Assembly: GCA_964590715.1 (NCBI GenBank)
Contig: CAZPXI010000001.1
Location: 1-39,763, forward strand
Length of the DNA: 39,763 bases
Direction: 5' to 3'
DNA from: an uncultured Desulfobulbus sp.
GTDB taxonomy: Bacteria > Desulfobacterota > Desulfobulbia > Desulfobulbales > Desulfobulbaceae
This document shows positions 1 to 6,988 of this stretch, in pieces. A program made the position numbers and the translations under genes. The notes under the pieces are model-generated. The model did not search any database, was not told the origin of the DNA, and was given only the letters and a program-made list of their open reading frames with translations. Positions within the stretch are counted from its first letter, which is position 1, and the number at the start of each line of letters is the position of its first letter.

Positions 1-43
1 GTCACGCCGGAGGTCGCGAGTTCGAGTCTCGTCGGCCCCGCCA
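1..43 (+). tRNA. tRNA-Asp(GUC), 3' portion only (window begins at the anticodon)
   Basis: The 43 nt fit positions 34-76 of a canonical tRNA: anticodon GTC (1-3), anticodon-stem 3' strand GCCGG, variable loop AGGTC, T-arm GCGAG/TTCGAGT/CTCGT, acceptor strand CGGCCCC, discriminator G, encoded CCA (41-43). The layout is nearly identical to the E. coli tRNA-Asp 3' half as I recall it. Confidence 0.8.
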
Positions 44-51
44 GCAACAAC

Positions 52-87
52 AGGGCGTTAAGCAGATTTGCTTAACGCCCTTTTTTT
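52..87 (+). terminator. Rho-independent terminator of the tRNA gene
   Basis: Perfect 13-bp stem AGGGCGTTAAGCA / TGCTTAACGCCCT with a 4-nt loop (GATT), followed by a T7 run. Confidence 0.75.
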
Positions 88-330
88 ATGCGGTAGGTTC
101 CGTCTTTTTAAAGCATGATGTGGTATTTTCAGGTTTCGATATGGAAATTGTGTCATTTTTTTATCGGTGAAAATCGTTCCGGCATAACGGTCTTCGTCCT
201 ATCTGTTGCAAATGACGCTGTTTTTTTTCTTGAAGCGAAACATCCCGCATGCTATGTTTTGTCTGAAGACGACAAAGCCAAACTTGTTGAAAAACAAGGA
301 CGGAAAGCCACGGGTCTTGTTCCAAGACAG

Positions 331-381
331 CCGGGTTGCCGAAAAAACGTAAATGAGTTTTTGGCAACCCGGTTTTTTTTT
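331..381 (+). terminator. Orphan rho-independent terminator (no convincing gene upstream; possible sRNA 3' end)
   Basis: 10-bp stem CCGGGTTGCC / GGCAACCCGG, extended by internal A-run/T-run pairing, followed by T9. It is plus-strand oriented, because the T-run follows the hairpin only on the + strand. Confidence 0.6.
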
Positions 382-898
382 CTTAAAAATATATCGACCT
401 CATAATCTCAAATTCCTTTTCAAGTCTGTTTGAAAGGTTTGGCCGGGTTTTTTCTATACAATCAGCGAACGTCCTTGTTCGTCTCAATTTGTTCTTTGAC
501 AAGTCAAAGATCGCTTATCAGGCTCAAACCATGCCGGCCGTCGGTGTACATGGACCGTTTTCTGTTTTCCGAGGCCTTGCAGTAGAACTTGATATCAATC
601 CCGAACCGTATCCGGGCAGCTAGCTGCACCGCGTTCCCGTCCGGACCAACGGAAGTCTATGATTCCGTTGCGTCGGTCTACGTTTGACATCATCGGGTAG
701 AGAACAACACGGAAACGATATCGCTTCCCCATTGCTCAAAAATGCCCGATATCCCCGGCATCCAAGCCGTTTATAACGAGCGAACATCTCGTGTTGATAC
801 CAATAAATGGTCGGTTATACCGACCGTGTCGATGACCTGAAAAGTGATGACTCAGCACTGTTTTGATTTTTGATAAATCTATGCAGAGGAGGTTTTTG

Positions 899-985
899 AT
901 GCAGCAAGCGGAGATATTGCAAGTTATGGATGAACAACATGGCTTAACCGGTCGGATAACCAAATTTAAAAAAGGAGGGATGTGA
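899..985 (+). CDS. Candidate 28-aa upstream ORF or leader peptide overlapping the sheath start codon (speculative)
   Basis: An ATG at 899 lies ~6 nt after AGAGGAGG. It encodes MQQAEILQVMDEQHGLTGRITKFKKGGM. Its TGA (983-985) shares the A with the sheath ATG (985-987), giving ATGTGATG. No homology is recognised. Confidence 0.25.
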   Translation: MQQAEILQVMDEQHGLTGRITKFKKGGM

Positions 986-3420
986 TGCCGGTCTCACCAA
1001 CATACCCTGGGGTTTATATTCAGGAAAAACCAAGCGGAGTACGCACCATAACCGGTGTTGCAACCTCAATAGCGGCCTTCTTCGGACGTGCTCAAAAAGG
1101 GCCCATTAACAAGGCGGTACGAATACTGAGTCTGTCGGATTTTGAAAGAAAATTCGGCGAACCGCATCCGAAAAGTGACCTTGGGTACAGTGTGCGGCAT
1201 TTTTTTAATAATGGTGGGGCCGACTGTCATGTGGTCCGTCTTGCCCATGACCCGCGCAAAGCCAGACTCACGCTGCTGGATATCAACTCACGAAATATGT
1301 TTGTGCTCTCGGCTAAATCCCATGGCGCCTGGGGGAATGGGATCCGAATTGAAGTTGATTACAATACCACCAATCCGGATGAGACGTTTAACCTGATCGT
1401 TATCCAGCAGGAAAGCGGAAAGGAGGTGAGCCGAGAAACCCATACCCGGCTGAGTGCGGATCCGGGATCTCCTCGTTTTATGCCTGATTTTGTGTCGCAA
1501 AGTTCGGATCTTATTGATGTTACCCTTCATGCCGATGCTCAACCGGGTGGTGCTTCAGATATTGCCGTTTACACCCCGGGTACCAGCATAAACGGCTTTA
1601 GTCAAAGCCGTGTTTTCCAGACCCAGCCCATCGGCACCTTCCGCACTGAATTTGCCGGAATTCTGACCTCCGGCCCACATTTTGAAATAAATGTGGATGA
1701 TACACAGTATGTACCCATTGATCTGACAAATATTCTTGGCGGTCCCAGTCCCGCAATTACCGGAACAACCTGGACACTCGACGAAATGGCCGACGAAATA
1801 GCACTCATGGTCAATACCCAACTCAGCGCAGCTGTGCCCACTGTAAGTGTAGCCTGCCGGTGGTCTCCGGTCACTTCGGTCAGCAGCAACTTCAGGGCAT
1901 TGCGGATCGTATCAAACAGCGGCAGCGGCACCATCACCGGCGATCAACGGACAAGTGTTCGTATTCGTCGAGCCGCTGTCGGTGATTACGCAGCTCCAAT
2001 GATGTTCGGCATTGATCAGGGGGGCATAGAAGTCAACCGCTACAGCGAGTTCCGCCCGGTTCCGACCGCTGCGTTTTTTCATGATGTTGACGATATTGTC
2101 TCCCTTGGGGGACTGAATCGGGACGTGATCGGCTCCATCCAGATGGATAGTGTATCACCGGTTGTTTCGTTTGATTTTACGAGTATGACGCCAAGTAATA
2201 CTGATCCATGGTTTCTCGATTCAAATGGTACCGCCGACGGGATACGGGAAAAACTCAGGGCGATAGTGCAGGCCGTAAATGCAGAGGCCACCCTGGCGTA
2301 CACTGCAGAACTCTGGGGGTATCATCTTGCCTTGCTTGCCAAAGGCGGATCAATGAATGCAACTGCAACCAGTATTGTCTCGGCAAGCGATACTACTCTC
2401 GGCGGGACTAATTTTACCCGTAATGTACGCAGGTATAGTCTGGGTGTTGTGGCCGGTACCGGAAGTTATCAGGTTGCCGGTACGGCCGGTATTGATGATG
2501 GAAACGATGGGTCCGCCCCGCAGTTGACTGATTTTACGGGCAGTGAGACCACCAAGACAGGTTTTCATGCCCTGGATGATGTAGATCTTTTCAACCTAAT
2601 GGTCATTCCCGGTGATGAGGACATTCCTGCAGCAACTCATGCCTCTATCTGGGCACCAGCCAGTACGTACTGCGAAAAGCACCGTGCCTTTCTGCTCATG
2701 GATGCTCCTGCCTCCTGGACCACGAACGGACTGCCCTCAGTCAAGAGCAATACCTCACTTATCGATTCGTTTCGCATCGGTTCTGTAAAGAAGAATTCAG
2801 CGGTGTTTTATCCCCGTCTTAAATACAACCGAGATGGTCTGCTTAAATTTATCGGTGCCTCCGGCGCCATTGCCGGACTCATGGCTCGTACCGATGCCGG
2901 CCGCGGCGTATGGAAGGCACCGGCCGGTATTGAAGCGGATATTCGTACCGTGTCAGGGCTTGACGTAAAACTGACCGACATGGAAAACGGCGTGCTGAAT
3001 AAGAAAGGAGTCAATTGTCTTCGCGTCTTCCCGGGCGGCATCGTCAACTGGGGGGCGCGCACCATGGACGGCGATGATGATTTCGGCAGCGAGTGGAAAT
3101 ATATCCCGGTCCGCCGTCTGGCCCTCAATATTGAAGAGTCGCTCTATCGCGGCACCCGCTGGGTGGTGTTTGAACCTAATGACGAACCGTTGTGGGCGAA
3201 AATTCGTCTTAATATAGGGGCCTACATGATGTCCTTGTTCAGGCAGGGTGCCTTTCAGGGCAGCGGCCCTAAGGAAGCGTTTTTTGTAAAGTGTGATAAG
3301 GAAACGACCACCCAGGATGATATCAACAAGGGCATCGTTAATATCCAGGTTGGCTTTGCACCGCTGAAACCTGCGGAATTTGTGATTATTACAATTCAGC
3401 AAATGGCGGGTGACCTGTAA
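985..3420 (+). CDS. Contractile tail sheath protein (eCIS/Afp2-like), unusually long (~811 aa)
   Basis: The N-terminus PTYPGVYIQEKPSGVRTITGVATSIAAFFG is the classic sheath start. The C-terminal region (GVNCLRVFPGGIVNWGARTM, WKYIPVRRLALNIEESL, FVKCDKETTT, VGFAPLKPAEFVIITIQQ) matches the sheath C-terminal domain. AAGGAGG lies 6 nt before ATG 985; the track start GTG 982 is too close to the RBS. Confidence 0.95.
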   Translation: MPVSPTYPGVYIQEKPSGVRTITGVATSIAAFFGRAQKGPINKAVRILSLSDFERKFGEPHPKSDLGYSVRHFFNNGGADCHVVRLAHDPRKARLTLLDINSRNMFVLSAKSHGAWGNGIRIEVDYNTTNPDETFNLIVIQQESGKEVSRETHTRLSADPGSPRFMPDFVSQSSDLIDVTLHADAQPGGASDIAVYTPGTSINGFSQSRVFQTQPIGTFRTEFAGILTSGPHFEINVDDTQYVPIDLTNILGGPSPAITGTTWTLDEMADEIALMVNTQLSAAVPTVSVACRWSPVTSVSSNFRALRIVSNSGSGTITGDQRTSVRIRRAAVGDYAAPMMFGIDQGGIEVNRYSEFRPVPTAAFFHDVDDIVSLGGLNRDVIGSIQMDSVSPVVSFDFTSMTPSNTDPWFLDSNGTADGIREKLRAIVQAVNAEATLAYTAELWGYHLALLAKGGSMNATATSIVSASDTTLGGTNFTRNVRRYSLGVVAGTGSYQVAGTAGIDDGNDGSAPQLTDFTGSETTKTGFHALDDVDLFNLMVIPGDEDIPAATHASIWAPASTYCEKHRAFLLMDAPASWTTNGLPSVKSNTSLIDSFRIGSVKKNSAVFYPRLKYNRDGLLKFIGASGAIAGLMARTDAGRGVWKAPAGIEADIRTVSGLDVKLTDMENGVLNKKGVNCLRVFPGGIVNWGARTMDGDDDFGSEWKYIPVRRLALNIEESLYRGTRWVVFEPNDEPLWAKIRLNIGAYMMSLFRQGAFQGSGPKEAFFVKCDKETTTQDDINKGIVNIQVGFAPLKPAEFVIITIQQMAGDL

Positions 3421-3454
3421 CCTTGATTTAAAATTCGGATAAGGAGAATGACAG

Positions 3455-3961
3455 ATGGCTAACGGTTTTGTAGTCAATGCCCACCGATTTGATCCCTACA
3501 AGAATTTCAAGTTTAGAATTCTGTGGGACGGCAAGCCGGTATTGGGCGTGAGCAAGGTCGGGGCACTCAAACGCACCACGGAAGTCGTGAAGCACAGAAG
3601 CGGCGGTGAGAACAGCATCGACCATAAATCCCCGGGCCGTACCAGTTATGAGGGCATAAGTCTGGAACGAGGCATCACCCATGATGTTGAATTCGAAAAG
3701 TGGGCAAGTATGACCCATACCTATGATGGCGATTCCATGATGGATCTGGCCGGCTATAAAAAAGATCTGGCCCTGGAGGTGATGAATGAAAAAGGTCAGG
3801 TTGCACTGCGCTATTTCCTCTATGCCTGCTGGGTGAGCGAGTTTACAGCCGTGCCCGATCTTGATGCCAATGCTAATGCCGTGGCTATTGAGAGCATTAA
3901 AATAGAATTGGAGGGATGGGCGCGCGATATCGATACCACAGAACCGGACGAATCTTCTTAA
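3455..3961 (+). CDS. Tail tube protein (T4 gp19 / eCIS tube family)
   Basis: 168 aa. Contains FDPYKNFKFRILWDGKPVLGVSKVGALKRTTEVVKHRSGGE and SPGRTSYEGISLERGITHD, typical of the conserved phage tail tube family. AAGGAG RBS present. Sits directly after the sheath gene. Confidence 0.9.
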   Translation: MANGFVVNAHRFDPYKNFKFRILWDGKPVLGVSKVGALKRTTEVVKHRSGGENSIDHKSPGRTSYEGISLERGITHDVEFEKWASMTHTYDGDSMMDLAGYKKDLALEVMNEKGQVALRYFLYACWVSEFTAVPDLDANANAVAIESIKIELEGWARDIDTTEPDESS

Positions 3962-3971
3962 AAGCGGGATT

Positions 3972-4841
3972 ATGGTACAACATGAAGCCGTCCCCGTATT
4001 GGGCCGGGCTGACTTGCTGCAGTGGCCCATAGTCGACGTTGGTGCAAAAGAGCCGTCCAGTGATGGTGAATTTATTTACGCCCGGCCTTTTCTTACCGTT
4101 CTGCAGGATTTGGATCTTGATTTTGAACAATCACGGAAATCGGAGTTGACTTCGTTTGTTCTGGCCGGGTGCCTGCAGACGAAGAACGGTTGCGGGTTTA
4201 CTCCGGCTGAAATCTGGTCATGGAGCCTTAAAAAAAGATCGCAGGGGCTGTTGGCCGTGGTAGCGGCTACCATCGGCAGACAATTGAAACTCAAAGTCCA
4301 GTGCATGGGGGCGACCTGCCGGGAAATCCTGGAACTGGAACTTGATCCGGCGACTCTGGGCGATAACCGACCGACGGATATGATCTCAATCCGACCGGAA
4401 GAGGGCACCGAGCTGCAGGTACGGCTGCCCACCGGTAATGATCAACTGTGCTGGGAGCAGACGGATAATCTTGCATCCGAGCGAGTATTTTCCGAGATGG
4501 CGGCTCGGCTTGTCGTCAAGATAAATGGTCACTCACCTCCTGCTGACTGGATCGTGCCGGAATCCTGGCTGGAGAAAATCGGAGCAGACCTTGAACAGCA
4601 TGACCCGTTGATGACCATACAGCTCAAGACAATCTGCCCTTTCTGTAATGAGAATTTTGAAGTCGATCTTGATCTTGAGGACAAACTGCTTTCCGTACTT
4701 GCTGCGGAGCAGAAGAGAATGTTTAACGAGGTACACCGGTTGGCTAGTGTCTATCACTGGCCGGAAAAGGAAATTATCCGTCTGCCTCGGAAACGGCGGG
4801 CATACTATCTGGCATGTATTCTCGAAGGATCATCTGAATGA
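3972..4841 (+). CDS. Hypothetical protein in the tail-assembly-chaperone slot; possible Cys4 zinc ribbon
   Basis: 289-aa ORF co-directional with and tightly packed against its neighbours. Contains QCMGATC and ICPFCNENF cysteine pairs. No family recognised. Confidence 0.6.
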   Translation: MVQHEAVPVLGRADLLQWPIVDVGAKEPSSDGEFIYARPFLTVLQDLDLDFEQSRKSELTSFVLAGCLQTKNGCGFTPAEIWSWSLKKRSQGLLAVVAATIGRQLKLKVQCMGATCREILELELDPATLGDNRPTDMISIRPEEGTELQVRLPTGNDQLCWEQTDNLASERVFSEMAARLVVKINGHSPPADWIVPESWLEKIGADLEQHDPLMTIQLKTICPFCNENFEVDLDLEDKLLSVLAAEQKRMFNEVHRLASVYHWPEKEIIRLPRKRRAYYLACILEGSSE

Positions 4842-5848
4842 GCAGATATTTTTCAAAACTGGCCCAAAAGAGCAGCAGGCGATGGGTAACCGGAAACGAG
4901 CCCATAAGGCCTGACCGGATGCAGGTAACTCATGTGCCGGATCCTGCGGAAGTGTTCGGCGGGGGGGCTGGTCGGCTGCGGGAAGTACATCAGGAAAAAG
5001 TCATCGTGGCCCGGAATGGGAAAACCTTTACCGGTGGCGGGCATGAAGAAGGGTCTTCTTTTAGCCGTGTCGACCCCGGACCGATGGCCACGGAACCCAA
5101 TGAATCCGTTTCACCCCCAGACCGGCGTTCTCCAGACTCAAATCTACCTGAAAATATAAATGATTCTGTTGCCGGATTCGCTGTGCCGGGTGGGCCGGAA
5201 GATGGAGCAGTCGACAATTTTGTGTATGCCCATGTTGACAAGCAGACAGGGACAACGGCAGAAGAAAAGACTGCAGACATGGCACACCGGGTTCCTGACC
5301 GGGAAACCGACAGGCGGGATAATGTGAGCCCGAAAACGGTTGTTCCGGAAAGAGCTGGTACTACCGGGCACGACGGTAAGAGTTCAGGTCTGGAATCCAT
5401 AGCAGCGGCCCGGCCCGACCAGGACAATCCAGGTATGCCGAGATCTGATTTGTCTGCAACGGCTACGACGATCAGCCAACAGGAGCAGAACCGGCAGGCA
5501 GCAACCCTCAGTCAAGAGAATGATCCCGCCCTGGAAGAACCTCTGGACAGCCGGATACGGGTTCATGAGCAACCTTCTAAGGGTGTTGTTGAGAAGCAGC
5601 TTGACAATCCAACACCCGGTGTCTTTGCATCTGCAGTGGAAGAATCGGCCTCTCGGCCAAAGAAGACCGGGACCGATAATCCGGTTTCCATCCGGATCGG
5701 ATCGATCCGGATGGAGATCCATCAGGCGGCCAAACCACAACATCCTGTAACTCCATTGCCGCCGACACAGGCCCGGCAACGGCCGACCGGCAAGAGTCGG
5801 CGGCCGGTGAATACGCACTTGAACAGATATTATTTAAGAGGATGGTAA
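4838..5848 (+). CDS. Hypothetical Pro/Asp/Glu/Gly/Thr-rich protein in the tape-measure slot
   Basis: 336-aa ORF. Its ATG overlaps the upstream stop (ATGA at 4838-4841). Most of the sequence is low-complexity; the ends look ordered (MSRYFSKLAQ at the N-terminus, VSIRIGSIRMEIH and LNRYYLRGW near the C-terminus). Its position between tube and cap matches the tail-length determinant slot. Confidence 0.55.
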   Translation: MSRYFSKLAQKSSRRWVTGNEPIRPDRMQVTHVPDPAEVFGGGAGRLREVHQEKVIVARNGKTFTGGGHEEGSSFSRVDPGPMATEPNESVSPPDRRSPDSNLPENINDSVAGFAVPGGPEDGAVDNFVYAHVDKQTGTTAEEKTADMAHRVPDRETDRRDNVSPKTVVPERAGTTGHDGKSSGLESIAAARPDQDNPGMPRSDLSATATTISQQEQNRQAATLSQENDPALEEPLDSRIRVHEQPSKGVVEKQLDNPTPGVFASAVEESASRPKKTGTDNPVSIRIGSIRMEIHQAAKPQHPVTPLPPTQARQRPTGKSRRPVNTHLNRYYLRGW

Positions 5849-5861
5849 CAGGGAAACCGAT

Positions 5862-6986
5862 ATGCCGTTAGCTGATTCAATACATGCCATAGGCGCGGTC
5901 AGTGCTTATCTGAAAAGTCAACTGGTGATCAAGACCTCTGCCGGTAATGTAGAGCTTGGCCGACCGGAAGAGATCACGGCCTCTAATTCTTTTCAGTTCA
6001 ATCTGTTTCTGTATCAGATTGACATTGATGGTCAGCTTCGAAATCACCCCCTTGATGAAGGCCGGGCAATACCGGTATGGCTGGTTCTGCATTATTTGTT
6101 GACCGCCTTTGATACCGCCAGGGAAAGTGAGACCATTGCGGCGCACAATTTGCTGGGTGAAGGAATGCTGGCCCTGCAGGCAATGAATTTTATTGCGCCG
6201 GACGTGGCGGCCTTGGCGGATAATCCGGAGCCGCTCAAGGTCACTTTCGACACCGCGGATTCCGAACTGCTGTCCAGGATAATGCAGGGTTCTGATGAAA
6301 AATATCGATTGTCGACCGCTTTTCAGGTCCGTCCCGTCATGCTGGTTCCGGCAATCGAACCTCGGTATTCCCTGCCGGTTAAAACCGTGGGCCGGCCGGG
6401 AGCCGAAGGTGCGATTGTGCTCCCGTCCCTCGGGCCAAAACTGGAGGCTCTCAGGCCGGAAAAGTTTGTGTCTGGAGAGAGTATTACGTTGTCCGGTCTC
6501 GATATCGGTACCGACATTGAGGAGATAAGACTGGGAACAACCGGCTTTCCGGTAACCGCAGCCAGGCCGGGTGAAATACAGGCGTTGATTCCTACTGATA
6601 CGACATTGTCCGCCGGCGGGTATCCGGTAACGGCGGTTCTTCGTCTGCCGGGGGGGCGGGAACTGAGCAGCAATGCCCTGTTGGGTCATTTGCTGCCGGG
6701 ACTTGCCGCTGCATCCCACGGCCCTTTAAATGTTAACGGCGGCAACCTCTATGGCGCCCTGAACCTGAGCGGGGATCACCTTGGTGGACCTGACGATGCC
6801 ATCTTTGTGGCTTTTTACGGCCAAGGTAAGATCCAGCTTATGTTGGAGGCAACGGGCACGGCAGCGCAGACTTCCCTCACGGTTTTGGTCGATGACGAGC
6901 ATGCCTTGGCATCCGGTGAATATTTCATTATTCTCAAGGTAAACGGTGAACAGGCAACCCATGCGCCATTGGTGGACTGGTCGTAA
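5862..6986 (+). CDS. DUF4255 (Pvc16/Afp16-like) tail terminator/cap protein with a C-terminal extension
   Basis: The N-terminal ~190 aa contain FQFNLFLYQIDIDGQLRNHP and IPVWLVLHYLLTAF, which fit the DUF4255 pattern as I recall it. The C-terminal ~180 aa look like beta-sandwich domains (GESITLSGLDIGTDIEEIRLGTTGFPVTAARPGEIQALIP). Confidence 0.8.
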   Translation: MPLADSIHAIGAVSAYLKSQLVIKTSAGNVELGRPEEITASNSFQFNLFLYQIDIDGQLRNHPLDEGRAIPVWLVLHYLLTAFDTARESETIAAHNLLGEGMLALQAMNFIAPDVAALADNPEPLKVTFDTADSELLSRIMQGSDEKYRLSTAFQVRPVMLVPAIEPRYSLPVKTVGRPGAEGAIVLPSLGPKLEALRPEKFVSGESITLSGLDIGTDIEEIRLGTTGFPVTAARPGEIQALIPTDTTLSAGGYPVTAVLRLPGGRELSSNALLGHLLPGLAAASHGPLNVNGGNLYGALNLSGDHLGGPDDAIFVAFYGQGKIQLMLEATGTAAQTSLTVLVDDEHALASGEYFIILKVNGEQATHAPLVDWS

Positions 6987-6988
6987 TA

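Noticed and set aside
1-43. The tRNA fragment could be a long-variable-arm tRNA (Ser/Leu/Sec) or a tmRNA end, given discriminator G and the Sec candidates in this window.
   Set aside because: The 43 nt fit a standard 76-nt tRNA exactly, with a 5-nt variable loop, 5-bp T-stem, 7-nt acceptor strand and anticodon GTC at positions 1-3. A bacterial tRNA-Sec would need an 8-nt acceptor strand. A tmRNA would need discriminator A and a G3:U70 pair.
115-405. 96-aa plus-strand ORF just after the tRNA.
   Set aside because: It reads straight through a strong intrinsic terminator (331-381). It has an implausible composition, no RBS and no recognisable motif.
711-724. Possible sigma-54 promoter (GG-N10-GC: CGGAAACGATATCGC) in the operon leader.
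   Set aside because: Only the GG/GC dinucleotides match. The flanking consensus bases (TGGCAC, TTGCW) are absent. No confident sigma-70 -35/-10 pair was found anywhere in 400-980 either.
736-963. 75-aa minus-strand Cys-rich ORF upstream of the sheath gene.
   Set aside because: No RBS and low-complexity composition. It lies antisense to the operon leader and is probably a chance ORF.
3428-4030. 200-aa minus-strand ORF.
   Set aside because: It is fully antisense to the well-supported tube gene. It is a shadow ORF with odd composition (rich in His, Ile, Gly and Cys).
4700-4841. Programmed -1 frameshift (G/GT-like) joining 3972-4841 to 4838-5848.
   Set aside because: The second ORF is in the -1 frame, but it has its own ATG in an ATGA overlap. 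I found no X XXY YYZ slippery heptamer near the end of the first ORF. Simple translational coupling is the more economical explanation.
5877-6719. 280-aa minus-strand ORF.
   Set aside because: It is antisense to the DUF4255 cap gene. Arg/Gly/Gln-rich composition with no motifs; a shadow ORF.
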